Position numbers and translations under genes: made by a program
In this document: one piece after another, positions 42,240-55,580 of the stretch
How positions within the stretch are numbered: the stretch's first letter is position 1
Layout: each line of letters opens with the position of its first letter
DNA from: Octopus vulgaris
Taxonomy: Eukaryota
Assembly (NCBI GenBank): GCA_951406725.2
Contig: OX597814.1
Span: 121,644,001 to 121,708,000 of the forward strand
Direction: 5' to 3'
Length of the DNA: 64,000 nt
Notes under the pieces: model-generated
What the model saw: the letters and a program-made list of their open reading frames with translations, nothing else
What the model was told of the DNA's origin: nothing
The model's database searches: none

Positions 42240-42805
42240 CAGCAAAGACCTCTTCTCGTCAGGAAACTGCAAGTCATAAAACTGGTACATCTTTTGTGGT
42301 CTACTGCTAATGAAACAGGGAAATATAAAGAGTTTGAAAACAAGGCATGTGGGGCTCTTTATAAAATGACAGGCTCTACAGTGGAGAAACTTGGAAAATT
42401 ATCAAGCTCAATTTACGATACAGGAAAGGATTTATTTGGAGTGTAACAGAATGTTGGATGCAGAGGGTTTGTTGGAAACGGTGTGAGACGGCTGTTATCG
42501 TTAGGCCTAACTCATCGTAAAGTCAATACCATCATGACCGATATCCAAACTACAGTGGAGAAGGCTAGCCACTGGATTTGGTTAAAAAGAGACGATGAGC
42601 AATGGCTAGAAGAATATTGCGCTTTATTTGATAACCAGCTGATCTAGCAAGCGGGGCCGGTGCGCATTAATGCCGTCGGGAGGTAGGCCCCGAAACGGCG
42701 CGCATTCTCTCCTGATGACCCCATACACTTGCTGGCTTCCGGTATGCGGAGTTTTTGACTGGTAGCACTTGCATGTGCAAGTTGTTTGCAAGACACCAGT
42801 CGCAC
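42240..42805 (+). mobile_element. Internally deleted HERO-like (RLE-type) non-LTR retrotransposon: N-terminal segment fused to the C-terminal end of the endonuclease, plus 3' UTR
   Basis: 42453-42614 reads VGCRGFVGNGVRRLLSLGLTHRKVNTIMTDIQTTVEKASHWIWLKRDDEQWLEE (EVGCRGF...AS.WIW.KR motif). Upstream WSTANETGKYKEFE...EKLGKLSSSIYDTGKDLFG resembles the pre-RT region. No RT between them. Confidence 0.75.
42644..42735 (+). ncRNA. Candidate non-circularly permuted (pseudoknotted) hammerhead ribozyme
   Basis: GUC 42675-77, GAAA 42692-95, CUGAUGA 42712-18. Stem III 42671-76/42695-700, stem I 42678-83/42706-11, stem II 42653-58/42686-91, outer stem 42644-51/42728-35. Confidence 0.72.
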
Positions 42806-43143
42806 TATTGTTTCCCACTCTTCTTTAGTCACAAATGTTTCTGCTTTTTTGTCGTGTCTTCCTATATTCTTTCTTCATTGTGTCTTGCTTATCCAACCAA
42901 TGTTTCCTCATTCCGTCACCCTTGCTGCGTGTAACCTGCTAGATCCTGCACTAACTCTTTACATAATTATGAGAGAAGTATCGCTCTCTGGAATTCTCCC
43001 ACCATTTTTTTCCTTTTTTCTTTTTTTTTTTTTGCTCCAGACACCATTCAAAATTATCAATCCGCATATTGATAGCGTCAATGTGAAAGGAGCTGAAATT
43101 GTCATGTACATTACGCCTTCATCTCGAGGGTAAGTAATCAAAC

Positions 43144-43537
43144 GGAAGGCGGTGAGCTGGCAGAATCTTTGCAAGCCGAGCGATATGCTTAGCGGTATTT
43201 CGTCTGCCGTTACGTTCTGAGTTCAAATTCCGCCGAGGCCGACTTTGCTTTTCATCCTTTCGGGGTCGATAAATTAAGTACCAGTTACACACTGGGGTCG
43301 ATGTAATCGACTTAATCAGTTTGTCCTCTCTATGTTTAGCCACTTGTGAGTAGTAAAGAAATAGGTATTTGGTCTGCCGCTACGTTCTGAGTTCAAATTC
43401 TGCCGAGGTCGACTTTGCCTTTCATCCTTTCGGGGTCGATAAATTAAGTACCAGTTACGCACTGGGGTCGATGTAATCTACTTAATCCGTTTGTCTGTCC
43501 CCTCTGTGTTTAGCTCCCTGTGGGTAGTAAAGAAATA
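43144..43537 (+). mobile_element. SINE family B, two-module copy with 15 bp TSD
   Basis: Head GGCGGTGAGCTGGCAGAA; GGTAAGTAATCAAAC at 43129-43143 and 43538-43552. Confidence 0.9.
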
Positions 43538-46250
43538 GGTAAGTAATCAAACTACTTAGTAGGACGTTTGAGAGTTAGACGCATGTGGCTAATGTGGTAT
43601 GTTGATTAAGGTGCGTCTATTGTAGATTTTGTGAAAAGCCCGCTTAAGTAGTGATGGTCACTGCTCTTTCATTTCAAACACTTTTGTAGTAGTGATACAA
43701 GAGACGATGTCGTTAATACTACGATACCATTATTACTATTAGGGTAAACACGTGTGTGGTGAGAGTTTTGCTGTACTCCACTTTTGAATGCAAATCTCGA
43801 TGTTTCATCCGCTAGTGAAGAAACTCTGCAGGTCTTTCAACCGTTTCCCGGCGCGGTTTGTCAGTAGTTAACTATGTTTAAAATACGACAGAATTATTAA
43901 CTTCGTATCTACTTCCTCTGAGATTATATTTAATTGGACGAAAACTTTAATCTAAACTATGTATAAACAAAGGATAATTAAAGCAGAGAATGATGTACTG
44001 AGTGATACATACTATTTGGCTTGTGGGAAGATCTGGTGGCAGTTATCGCTCTCAAAGAAAGAATTAATCACACAAAATCTTTAATTGCTATGTTTAAAGA
44101 AACCATTTAAATTGTGTAAGCTAACAAGATGACAGCTACTGATCAGTTTTCGGGCTGTAACATCTCATCATTAAGCATTATCATCTCAAGCCAGCTCACT
44201 CAGTAGAAAGGCGTTTTCATTTTTTACAACTAGAAAACATGATATGGACACTCTTAGTAGCCGACATATGTTTACATAAGAGTAAATATTTCAAGAAATT
44301 CAGAAATAATTTCACGATAATTAAATTTTGAAGCTTAGAGGGAAAATCTCATATTTCTTAGTAAGGAAAAAGAAAGGCACGGTCATGCCTTAATATTGTT
44401 AGGCTTCCTCAGCGAAGACCTGTTTTTAGACCTCATGAACGAAGTGTACACTTGCGAAGACTACTTGATTATTGAGCATTTCTTTTTTTTTTTTTTTGGA
44501 AATATAGAACGAGTTACGAAGTTTTGTTCAGTGGTAAATTATACTGAAGGTATATCATTCATCGCATACATTATCACCAAAAAATCGAAATATTCCGGAT
44601 TTAATGATGTGAGAAGACATAAGATTGCGAAGTTAGATAAGTCTATCTATATTTATCTAAACTTCTAAAACAAATAATGAAGCGTAAAATCACAAATCAT
44701 TATTTTAAATTTTCGTGAGACACTGCGACGATTGAAAATTGAAGATTAATTTAAGAAAATATATATCTACCTATTCAAAATTATGATATTCTTGCAACCC
44801 TGTGAGAGAAATTTTAAATACACACTTCCCTGCTAATAGTATGCAATATCGAATGTAAATACAACCCTATTAAAATCTGTACAATTATTCATAGTTACTG
44901 AAAGTCAAACTGACCCTCTTGAGACCATTTATGTTAAACATTTAGTAATTGTTAAATCTATGATTACATCCGTTTATCTGGGTATGTTCACGTTCTTTAC
45001 GTTCATTTTCTGAATTTATATATAAGATGTGGATTCTCTGTAAATGATTAACTATAAGTGCGCCTCAGTTCGTGTGTATTCGCTACGTTGTGTTAATTTC
45101 CGTGTTCATGTATTCAAAAGTTTAGGTAACAGCTTTGAAAACATTAAAAACTTTTTTTCCCAAAGCAGTACTTATGAACTTCTACTAGAGATTTTCTCCA
45201 ACCTAAAAAGAAATTCGTATCAATTTCCTCTGGTTATATCTCCTTCTCTTTTTAAAATGCAAGAAGCACATTATTCTAATCAATTTGAAAATAAAGAATT
45301 GTCTTCGTTTTTTGTTTTTTTTTAGTATTTACTTCGTAAATCTTTTACTGAGCGATAAAGAAACATCATGTCTGCAAATGATTTTTTATTAATTTGAAAT
45401 GTAAGGCTGCTACACATGCTTCGTGGCAGACTTGTGTATGAGAAACCAGTCAGAAATCAAAGTAATTAAAGGAAGTGGAATTGAAGAGGAAATGCTGTTT
45501 AGATGCGATGACAAATAATTGAACTGAAGTTAAGTTCAAGTGAAACAAGTATCATGATGTCTGACAGATCCTTTGTTATTTCCAGTTGTTATTGTTTTTC
45601 CATTGTATAGTTGCCATTAAATATAGCACAGAACTAAACTAAAATTACAACCAATCGTTTATATTTTTTTTATATCTGTAAAACAAAATGTATAAACATT
45701 AACTTTGCGACTGTCTTTTCTTCATTTATAACAGTCTGCGCAACATGGGTTCCACAATTCCACCTCTAGACCAAAGTTCGAAGCCACATGAAAGAGGAAA
45801 CAAGAATCTTTATTTATTGCCGCGGAGTAAATCTATTTTAAACAACTGTGTTGGAAAGGAAACACAGCAAAAGGGCCAGTAATTAACTTCTATTTCTCGT
45901 TGCTACTGTCCATTCCAATGTCTTTAATTTCCCTTTCTTTTCGCCAGAGTTGGTTTCAGTTTGATTTAATTAGTCTTTAATCAGTAGAGAGGTTATTTCA
46001 GTATAGAAATGAAGGGATTAAAGTATTGAATAGAGAATGAAATGAAAAACAAAAACTTATTTTACGCCTTTGGTTATGAAGGATACGCTAAAATGTGGCA
46101 AACTACAACTAAATTTTAACATAAACAATATCCACACGCACAAATACACATACACACATACACACATACACACATATACACACACACATATGTATATATA
46201 TATACATATATATATATATATTCATACATAAATACATACATACGTACATG

Positions 46251-46291
<41 letters not shown>

Positions 46292-47774
46292 GGGCACGAA
46301 TAAATACAGACATGTATACCAGTTCATATATACAATCTTATAACATACACACACACACACACACATACATGTGTAAATATAAACAATTTCCTCTAAGTTT
46401 AAAAAACAGTGTTTGCTTGTTTGTATGTTTATTGGTCTGTTTGTTTGTTTGTTTGTTTGTGCGTGTGTATGTGTGTGTGTATGTGTGTGCATGTGTGTGT
46501 GCGTGTGTGTGTGTGTGTGTGTGCTTGTGTGTGTGTGTGCGTGTGTGTGTTTCAAATGTGGAGGAAATTGTTTGCGCTAGAGTGTAACCGAAGTACAAGT
46601 TAAAATCAAAATAAATTTTAAATGAAATATACAGATATAATCAAAGGTAGGCTAAAAATAAACTGTACATATGATTTAGGTTTCTCACTTTGAAATGCGA
46701 GTGTTATCTAAAGATAGATGGACTCAGAATAGAAAAAAAGAAAACAAAAAGAAAATCTTTAAACTATTTGTGTCTAGCTCAGGGAAAATAAAATAAAATT
46801 TCATTCGATGTATCAATCAGAACTAAATTCCGAAATACTGCAATATTTTGAAACTAACTTGGATTGTTTTATTTTGCTTTATTTGGTATAATTTTCAATG
46901 GTTATAATTATATTTTATTTTATTTCTATTATATTTATATTTTATCTTTATATTATTTTATTATTATACTCCTCATTGCTAATAACAATTTGATTTGTTT
47001 TCCCAATTTTAGTTTCTGCTGGTCAGCTAATTCAATTTCATAAGGTTTATTTAACAGTGATTCACTCATGCATGAAATAACACTGGAAAAGTTTTCAGAA
47101 TATTTTATTTCATTTTGTTGTTGGTTTACAAAGAAACGTCAGCTGCACCTTTTGTAGTTTTCGACTACGAATTGGTCATAACGAATGGATGCTATATTCG
47201 AAACACCTACCATGCTGACATCCCCCTTACTAAACTAACTACCTCTCACATTCTATCATAAGCATCACACGCTCTTGCTTGTCTTCACTCTAATCTCATT
47301 CATCTACTTCAATTTCTCCCTATTTTTTCTCTTTTCTTCCCCCACTCCCGCTTTCTATCTTTTTCCTCATCTCTACTTTATCTTTTAGTAGTTTATGGAT
47401 ATTTTCTATCCTTTTCTTCGTGATACTCAGATTTAGTTATTCCGGCATTGAATAAGGACAACAACAGTGAATCAGTCTAATGATTCAGATAAAAAATAAC
47501 AATAATATGGAGGATAGGGATGAGAAGGAGAAAATGAAAGAGACGGAGAGTGAAAAGAGGATGATACTGACTTCCAGCGTTAAAGACAGATAAAAAAAAT
47601 GTGTAAGGAAGAATAGATTCAACTGACTCCATTACATGCCTGGTATTCATTTTATCGACGTTAGAATGATGAAAGCCTTTGAACTCGGAGAGGAGAGGGA
47701 AACCGCTAAATAGTTGATTGAATTTAGTACGATGTTCTATCATTTGTGCAATTCAATTTGCCTTTAATCATCGT

Positions 47775-47832
<58 letters not shown>

Positions 47833-48544
47833 TTCGTGATCATATTCATCATTATTTACTAAAGTGTGTACAAGGCCACACACATTTTGAGGGAGTTAAA
47901 GAGCAGGTTAAATCAACTCCTGTATTTGACTGGTTCTCATTTGATATTGCGACAGATCGCATATTTGATCAACTTTGATTTTAGGGGTGGAAAGTCTGGT
48001 CTAGTGCCGCTTAAGCCTAAAGGCTTCATAATACAAAACAGCAATTATAGCTCGAGAAAAGCTATATAAGCATGTTGTTTAATCTTTGTAGTATTGCAGT
48101 GTAATTCACATTGAATTGCACAGTTGACTCTCTTAGTCAATAGTGCAACTATTGACTCTCTTCGAGCTTAAACATAGAGTGTAAAGTGATATATTTAATT
48201 TTACAAAGCATTTACTTCGCTCACTTTTTACTTCTGTCACATTATCTTCATTACTATCACTACTAACAAACAGGAGTGGCTGTGTGCTAAATAGCTTCCT
48301 TATAATAGGCAGCCACTCCTACCAAAATTCTTACAATAAATTATTCCAATGATCTTAAACGATACTAAGCCCAAACACACACATAGATAAACAGCCACAA
48401 CCACACACACACACACACATGTGCTATTATTACACAAACACACACACACACACACACGCTTTCATCACACACACACAGACCTGCGGCAAGCACATACCCA
48501 CACATACACACACATAACTCCTTCTCTTGCACTCTCCTGTCTTT

Positions 48545-48775
48545 GAAAGAACTTTTTCTTCACCCATTCCCTTCCGGTCATTTCAATATGTGACCGCGTG
48601 TGTATCGTTGGCGACTTTCTTTCTCCGTCTTCCCTTCCTTGGACCTTTCCTTTACTTATGTTTCTGACGAAGAGCTACGCTCGAAACGTTATATCCTCCA
48701 TCTTTCTTTCTTTCCTGGGCGTCCAATAACACTATACTTGTTCCACGTCCTCGCGTTGTTCATGTTTGGATCAAC
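48545..48775 (+). mobile_element. Penelope pseudo-LTR-like fragment with an intact minimal hammerhead core
   Basis: 48664-48690 reads CTGACGA-A-GAGC-TAC-GCTC-GAAACGTT; stem I is weak. Confidence 0.65.
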
Positions 48776-48796
48776 TATATATGTATATATATATAG

Positions 48797-48954
48797 GGAG
48801 AGTTTACGAAAAAAAAACAAAAGACGAAGACAGGTGGTGTACAAAAAAACAAACAGATGTATTAGTATAACCAGGAACAGAAAAAGCATTTTACGTTTCG
48901 AGCCTACGCTCTTCTACAGAAAGGGACACAGAAAAAAAAAAAAAAACAAGGAGA

Positions 48955-48957
<3 letters not shown>
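48797..48957 (-). mobile_element. Family D Penelope pseudo-LTR-like repeat
   Basis: Minus strand CTGTAGA-A-GAGC-GTAG-GCTC-GAAACGTA (48919-48892); close match to 51016-51168. Confidence 0.7.
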
Positions 48958-48999
<42 letters not shown>

Positions 49000-50797
49000 G
49001 TATCGACATAAACTGACCTTAGTAATTTATGATTTACCAATAAATGCACTAAAAGATATATCGAGTGTGTACATGCTACTAAAATGATTTTATTACATGC
49101 TGAACCAATAATATCAACAAGATAACTATATTACAGGAGCGACTTGAGTTTATAAATCCGAAAATCAAAGGAAATTGGAAGGGTATAATTAAAAGGATAT
49201 AGCATAAACATAAGGATTGTTTAGCAATACGACTGGCCATAATATAACCCTACCATGAAGTTTTGTATATCAATCTTATATAACGATTAAGAATCGAACA
49301 TACTGAATCTATTTTAGATGAAAGCACCAAGAATCCACGCATAAATTTGTTCAATTTTTCTACAGTTTATACCAAATCACATATATATTGAACGGTGAGA
49401 TGAAACTCTATAGTGTCATCAGAAGGACAGTTTCTAATCTATGCAAGAAATGGTTATTTATGAAACTATGATGTAATTAAGAATGCCACTGAGATTGTCT
49501 GATGGGGCACAATGAAAAGAAACGATCTCAAACGAGCTCTTGGAAAAGTTTTCTAAGTATATAAGTACGATGTAAACTAAAATAAAATTGAAAATGATAT
49601 GCGAAGTGGCGTGTTGTCTAGATAAGATGTACCAGCGACTATAACTTTAGGATTTACGGCAGAAATAGAAATAATAAAATCTCTCTTCGGACTAATGTTT
49701 CCAAGCAAGAAAACTATAGAAATGTAAATATAATGCTCTCGGAGGTCATATCGGAAATTGCAATACGCTTGCACTTACCAAATTCAGATTGCTGTCATAC
49801 TGTTTCCCATATATCTACATATATTGAACTGAGAATAAGTATATCAGTGCAGCAGTCATATACGAAAACTAAGATCAGGATCCAACAGCTTCTTAAAATA
49901 TCGATATTGCATAGGCTGTTGACCGGATGACCGGATAATATATAAATCGAAGCATCTTATTATAAACAAGTTAGTAACACGACATATGGCGTTACTTGTG
50001 TGGGCATTGCATAATACAAGCAAACTTACTTATTTTCAATCGAAACGAATTACAAGATAACTTCATCAGATATAATTTCTATAACAGCACAATTTTCCAT
50101 GAAAATTTTTGAAATATATATAACAACCAGCACATTAAAATAATTTGCCGCATTTCAGTAAGCACGTGATGAGAATATAGTTTGCATATAAGTAAATGGA
50201 GAGTAGTTTTTCTTTCTATTTATGAGAAAATAAATTTGTTTTAATGTCGTTCAGTTCACATCAGATTGATGTGGATGGGAAAATAGTGATCTTCAATTTG
50301 GCTTAGGTAAAATCTCAAAAGATAATTATAAATAATATTATGTGGAGAATATGGACAACGGAGTAGAAATAGATGTTTAAATTGTCGGAGTTTATGATAA
50401 TCCTGTATATATACGCTAAATAAATTACTCGTTTCAATGCATACATCAATTTGATAGTAAATAATGATACATAAGTGTATCAAACATTGAATATATTGAA
50501 AATTATATAGTATATATTGTTGTCCATATTTATATCTTTTATATTTGTTTATGACTTGATTCAGTCACTGAACTGCGGGTACGTGGGTTGACCGCCTTGA
50601 AGGACTGGTGGATCGACCCCAGTACTAGTATTTATTACAAGGACAGAAACAAACTAGCCCCGTTTATGAAGTGGTAGCTGGTACAAACACAAAAATATAC
50701 AGACACACTTATATGTGGGTTCATATGAATGTGTGCGTATATACTCACACACAAATAAATACATTTATATTCACATCTACTCGCTTATATATATATA

Positions 50798-50880
<83 letters not shown>

Positions 50881-51015
50881 GCGCGGTCAACAAGACTGAA
50901 GCAAGTAAAAAAGAAAAAGAAAAGATACAAATGTGGACGACAATGTATAGTATATAATTTTCAATATATTCAATGTTTGATGCACGCATGTGTGTGTGTA
51001 TATATATGTATATAA

Positions 51016-51168
51016 AGAGAAAGTTTACGAAAATAAACAAAAGACGCAGGCTGGTGGTGTACAAACAAACAGATGTATTAGTATAGCGCTCAGGAATAGA
51101 AAATGTATTTTACGTTTCGAGCCTATGCTCTTCTACAGAAGGATACACAAAAAAACAAAGAGAGAAAA
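51016..51168 (-). mobile_element. Family D Penelope pseudo-LTR-like repeat
   Basis: Minus strand CTGTAGA-A-GAGC-ATAG-GCTC-GAAACGTA (51138-51111), flanked by (TA)n. Confidence 0.7.
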
Positions 51169-51196
51169 TATATGTATATTTGTATATATGTATCTA

Positions 51197-51277
<81 letters not shown>

Positions 51278-51679
51278 GCGTGCAAATTTAAAAACGTGAA
51301 ATCAAACAGCGGAGTGATGTTCGGTTAAATATATATATTCAAATACATTTCCATATTTATATACTTGTATGCATGTATATTTTAACCGTTAGTAAGTTTT
51401 ATTTCATTTTACATCTCTAAAATTATTATAATTATTTTTTAACAAAGCTTGCTTATATCGAGTGACATTTCCTAAATTTCTCGATATATTTTTAATGCTA
51501 AAGAATTTGGTTAAGTCATTATTTTTTTACACGTTAACTAAATGCTGATTTTGGTTGCTTTTAATACGTAGCTTCAGTTCTTATTGAAATATAAGCATCA
51601 GCTTTGTTTTTTTAATATGTGAAAGCATTTCTATATTTCTGTGTTTATACATTTGCTTTTACATATATACATACATACA

Positions 51680-51767
<88 letters not shown>

Positions 51768-51912
51768 TATGTATAAGTGTGTGTGTGCGCAAGTGAGTGT
51801 GTGTTTGTACGTATGTGTATGTATGTACATATGTATATATATATATATATATATATTACATATATGCATGTCATGTATATACACACAACTTATGTGCGTA
51901 ATGAAAATATAC

Positions 51913-51951
<39 letters not shown>

Positions 51952-52479
51952 CATATTCACATATATATATTACATATTTGCAAATATAAATATGTGTGGG
52001 GTAGTGTACATGTGTGAGCGCCTGTGTGCATGTGTGTATATGCATGCGTATGTAGGTACCTAGTTCCACATGAATATGCATATTTTCTTTTTACTTCTAA
52101 TTACTATTTCTACATTATCGTAGTTTTTACCTTCTCTTGTCACAGGTATATCTCCAGTACCAACTAATATTTATATCTTAAATTTTAAATTTATACAACA
52201 CCAGGTTGAATTTTTTCAAATAATCGCCTACTTACGACTTTATTGATTTCTTACGTTTTTTTTTTATTTTTGCTGTAATTTTATTTGTTCGATTAAATTG
52301 TGAGGTTAATAACTTGTGTGATTGTCCTGAAATTATTCCCTTGCATGATTCGGTCCTCAATGTCCACTTCTTTATAAATATACGATTCTACTCGGACGTA
52401 CATTTTCTTCTAATACAGTAAAACAGTTTCGCATTTCTCCACACTCCTCTCTCTCTCTCTGTATATATATATATATATA

Positions 52480-53587
52480 TGCCCACACCTGACGCAGATA
52501 CAAGATAATCATGTAGGGGTAACACAACATGTCAACTGAACGGACACTGTACTACTGGGACCATCGTATAAGTGACAGAGGTAACAGCCGCAGGAGCAAT
52601 GTGGCAACTAAACGTACGAAAGTATGTGGGAGCAACTGAAGGCCTTTTGCTATAACAAACTCAAATTTCCCTTCAAAATACCGGGGAGACCTAGCACCAC
52701 ATTCCTTGGCAAGCACTACGTTTCGTCTTTGAAAGAAAAAAAAACACCGAGCACAGTTGAAAGAGAAAGATTCCAGAGAAATGTAAACCGAACTTCAATA
52801 GCAGCAGTAATTGCAGGCTGTGCCTGGCTGAGAAAAGAGCGATTTCAAAGAACAACCAGTTACCAGGCATTTATCTGATTGGTAGAAGTGAAATGTTTAA
52901 TCCCTGCCCACATGAAAGGTAGTACATCCTATCATACCTGCGTGTCCCATCACGAGTACAATCAGCAGTCCCCCAGTTTCAATCCGCCACCATTACCCTG
53001 GAGTCCGACAAAGAGTTTGACCAGAGCTTACACTAACGCACCCACATACAAACATACACGCCCCAACACAACCGACGCCAACCAAATAGCACCCCAAAAT
53101 AAAGTCACACACACACATATTGTACTTTTACACACACCACATGCACACATAAAGTCCTCACGAACTTAACCAGTCCAAGAATAAAAGAAAACACACTAAC
53201 ACAAATGTGTATGACCACACCCCCCTGCAAAGGTTATATAGCTATTATCAGTACACATATTCTATTTCGACACGAACACAAAGCTTAAAGACGCACACAT
53301 TTCCCCTCAAACAATTCAAGGTAGCTCATACCGACTTTCAAAATAATCATCCCAGATGCGATATTTCGGTACCAAGGGGCATAACTCTTAAATTAATTCA
53401 CTGCTTGTTTCCTTTCATCAACAACCGCAAACCGGATATGTCTATTCACCTCCAACAATAGAGAGCGGTCGCCATATTTCATTCCACGTCGGCTATCTCT
53501 CAGTGTAGACTTACATAATCTGATTGTTACCAAACACTCCGTTGAAACCCGATGGCTGTAATGGATATGTGATACTGTACACTTCGG

Positions 53588-53590
<3 letters not shown>
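52480..53590 (+). mobile_element. 3' fragment of a second Penelope-like lineage (GIY-YIG C-terminus plus 3' UTR) in (TA)n
   Basis: Pieced reading TCQLNGHCTTGTIV*..KYVGATEG..STTFLGKH..EKCKPNFNSSSNCRLCLAEKRAI..RSEMFNPCPH resembles the CPLxGxC/YIGxT/CxLCxxEK/RSExxxxCxH pattern. Confidence 0.7.
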
Positions 53591-53643
<53 letters not shown>

Positions 53644-53660
53644 TAGATAGATAGATAGAG

Positions 53661-53723
<63 letters not shown>

Positions 53724-53790
53724 CTGATCGATTGATTATTTGATTCGTGAGTACACAGAGAGACAGCTATACATTTTGTGTGACAATTAC

Positions 53791-53844
<54 letters not shown>

Positions 53845-54186
53845 AAGAGAGCGAGGTAGGGACTGACAGGAACATTAGATTCCAATAAAAATGTCACAAC
53901 GTAAACTGCTATCTCCTGGAAATAATTTTTGAATTAACACATATACGGTCTGGTGCCATTGTTTGGGCCCATGTTGGCTTCGATTAACAAAGCTTTGATC
54001 AAAAGCGTTCATGACATTACTATTTTAGTTGGTCTTCATTTTTTCTTTTTTTGGCTTTTCTTTCTGCGTCCACTACACCTAGACCCACATAATCTAAATG
54101 TTTTGTTTTGCAAGATGGAGAGAGATATAGGTGTTATTTCAATCGTGTGCAATGTAAAATCACAAGATAAACGAAATGGCGGAAAG

Positions 54187-54478
54187 AAAGCCTTGTGTGT
54201 CGATTTTGTAGACGAAAACTGAAAGAAGCCCGTCGTATATATGTATATATATATGCGTATGTGTGTTTGTGTGTGTGTGCTTGTCCCCCCAACATCGCTT
54301 GACAACCGATACTCGTGTATTTACGTCCCCGTAACTTAGCGATTCAGCAAAGAAGACCGATAGAATAAGTACTAGGCTTACAAAAAGAGTAAATCCTAGG
54401 GCCGATTTGTTCGACTAAAGGCGGTGCTCCAGCATGGCCGCAGTCAAATGATTGAAACAAGTAAAAGAGTAAAGAGTA
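54187..54478 (+). mobile_element. SINE family A, 5'-truncated
   Basis: Matches 55245-55535. Confidence 0.85.
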
Positions 54479-54954
54479 ATATGAGTCCAGCCTTTGCTGC
54501 AAAAAATGTATGCTATTTAGTTTGTAATATAAAACTAAACAAAATCATTTCTATTTCGTAATATAGCAGTGGCTGTGTGGTAAGTAGCTTTCTTACCAAC
54601 CACATAGTTCCGGGTTCAGTTTGTTACACTAAAAATCCCTGTAGAAGAGTTACATTGCAGCAATTAACAGTTTATTTCAGCTTTACCGCGTGCTGGGCTC
54701 TACTGTAATGAGATCTCGTTGCACCTCGTCATTTCTGAACATGTAAATCTTCGTATTTTACTCGAAAACACTAGGAAGAAAAAAGCAGAAGCAACTAGAC
54801 TTTTGCTGTTCATTGACATTAATTAAATTGCCAGCAACCATTCAGTGACACGTACTCTGTAAAACTGTACAGTTACCTACGTAACATTCTTAACCAGAAC
54901 CCAGTTCCTTATCAATAGTTTTCAACAAGGCTTCAAAAATGCAACATAGCAAGC

Positions 54955-55532
54955 AATGGCTGTGTGGTAAGTAGCTTGCTTACCAACCACATGGTTCCAG
55001 GTTCAGTCCCATTGCGTGGCACCTTGGGCAAGTGTCTTCTACTATAGTCTCGGGCCGACAAAAGCCTTGTGAGTGGATTTCGTAGAAGGAAACTGAAAGA
55101 CGCCCGTCGTATATATGTATATATATATAGGCGCAGGAGTGGCTGTGTGGTAAGTAGCTTGTTTACCAACCACATGGTACCAGGTTCAGTCCCACTGCGT
55201 GGCACCTTGGGCAAGTGTCTTCTACTATAGCCTCGGGCCGACCAAAGCCTTGTGAGTGGATTTGGTAGACGGAAACTGAAAGAAGCCCGTCGTATATATG
55301 TATATATATATGCGTATGTGGGTTTGTGTGTCTGTGTTTGTCCCCCTAGCATTGCTTGACAACCGATGCTGGTGTGTTTATGTCCCCGTTACTTAGCGGT
55401 TCGGCAAAAGAGACCGATAGAATAAGTACTGGGCTTACAAAAGAATAAGTCCCGGGGTCGAGTTGCTCGATTAAAAGTGGTGCTCCAGCATGGCCACAGT
55501 CAAATGACTGAAACAAGTAAAATAGTAAAAGA

Positions 55533-55580
<48 letters not shown>

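Noticed and set aside
49779-49828. Possible 50 nt minus-strand cryptic exon (ctcag...gtaagt)
   Set aside because: No receptor similarity, an in-frame stop and a frameshifting length; such site pairs are common by chance.
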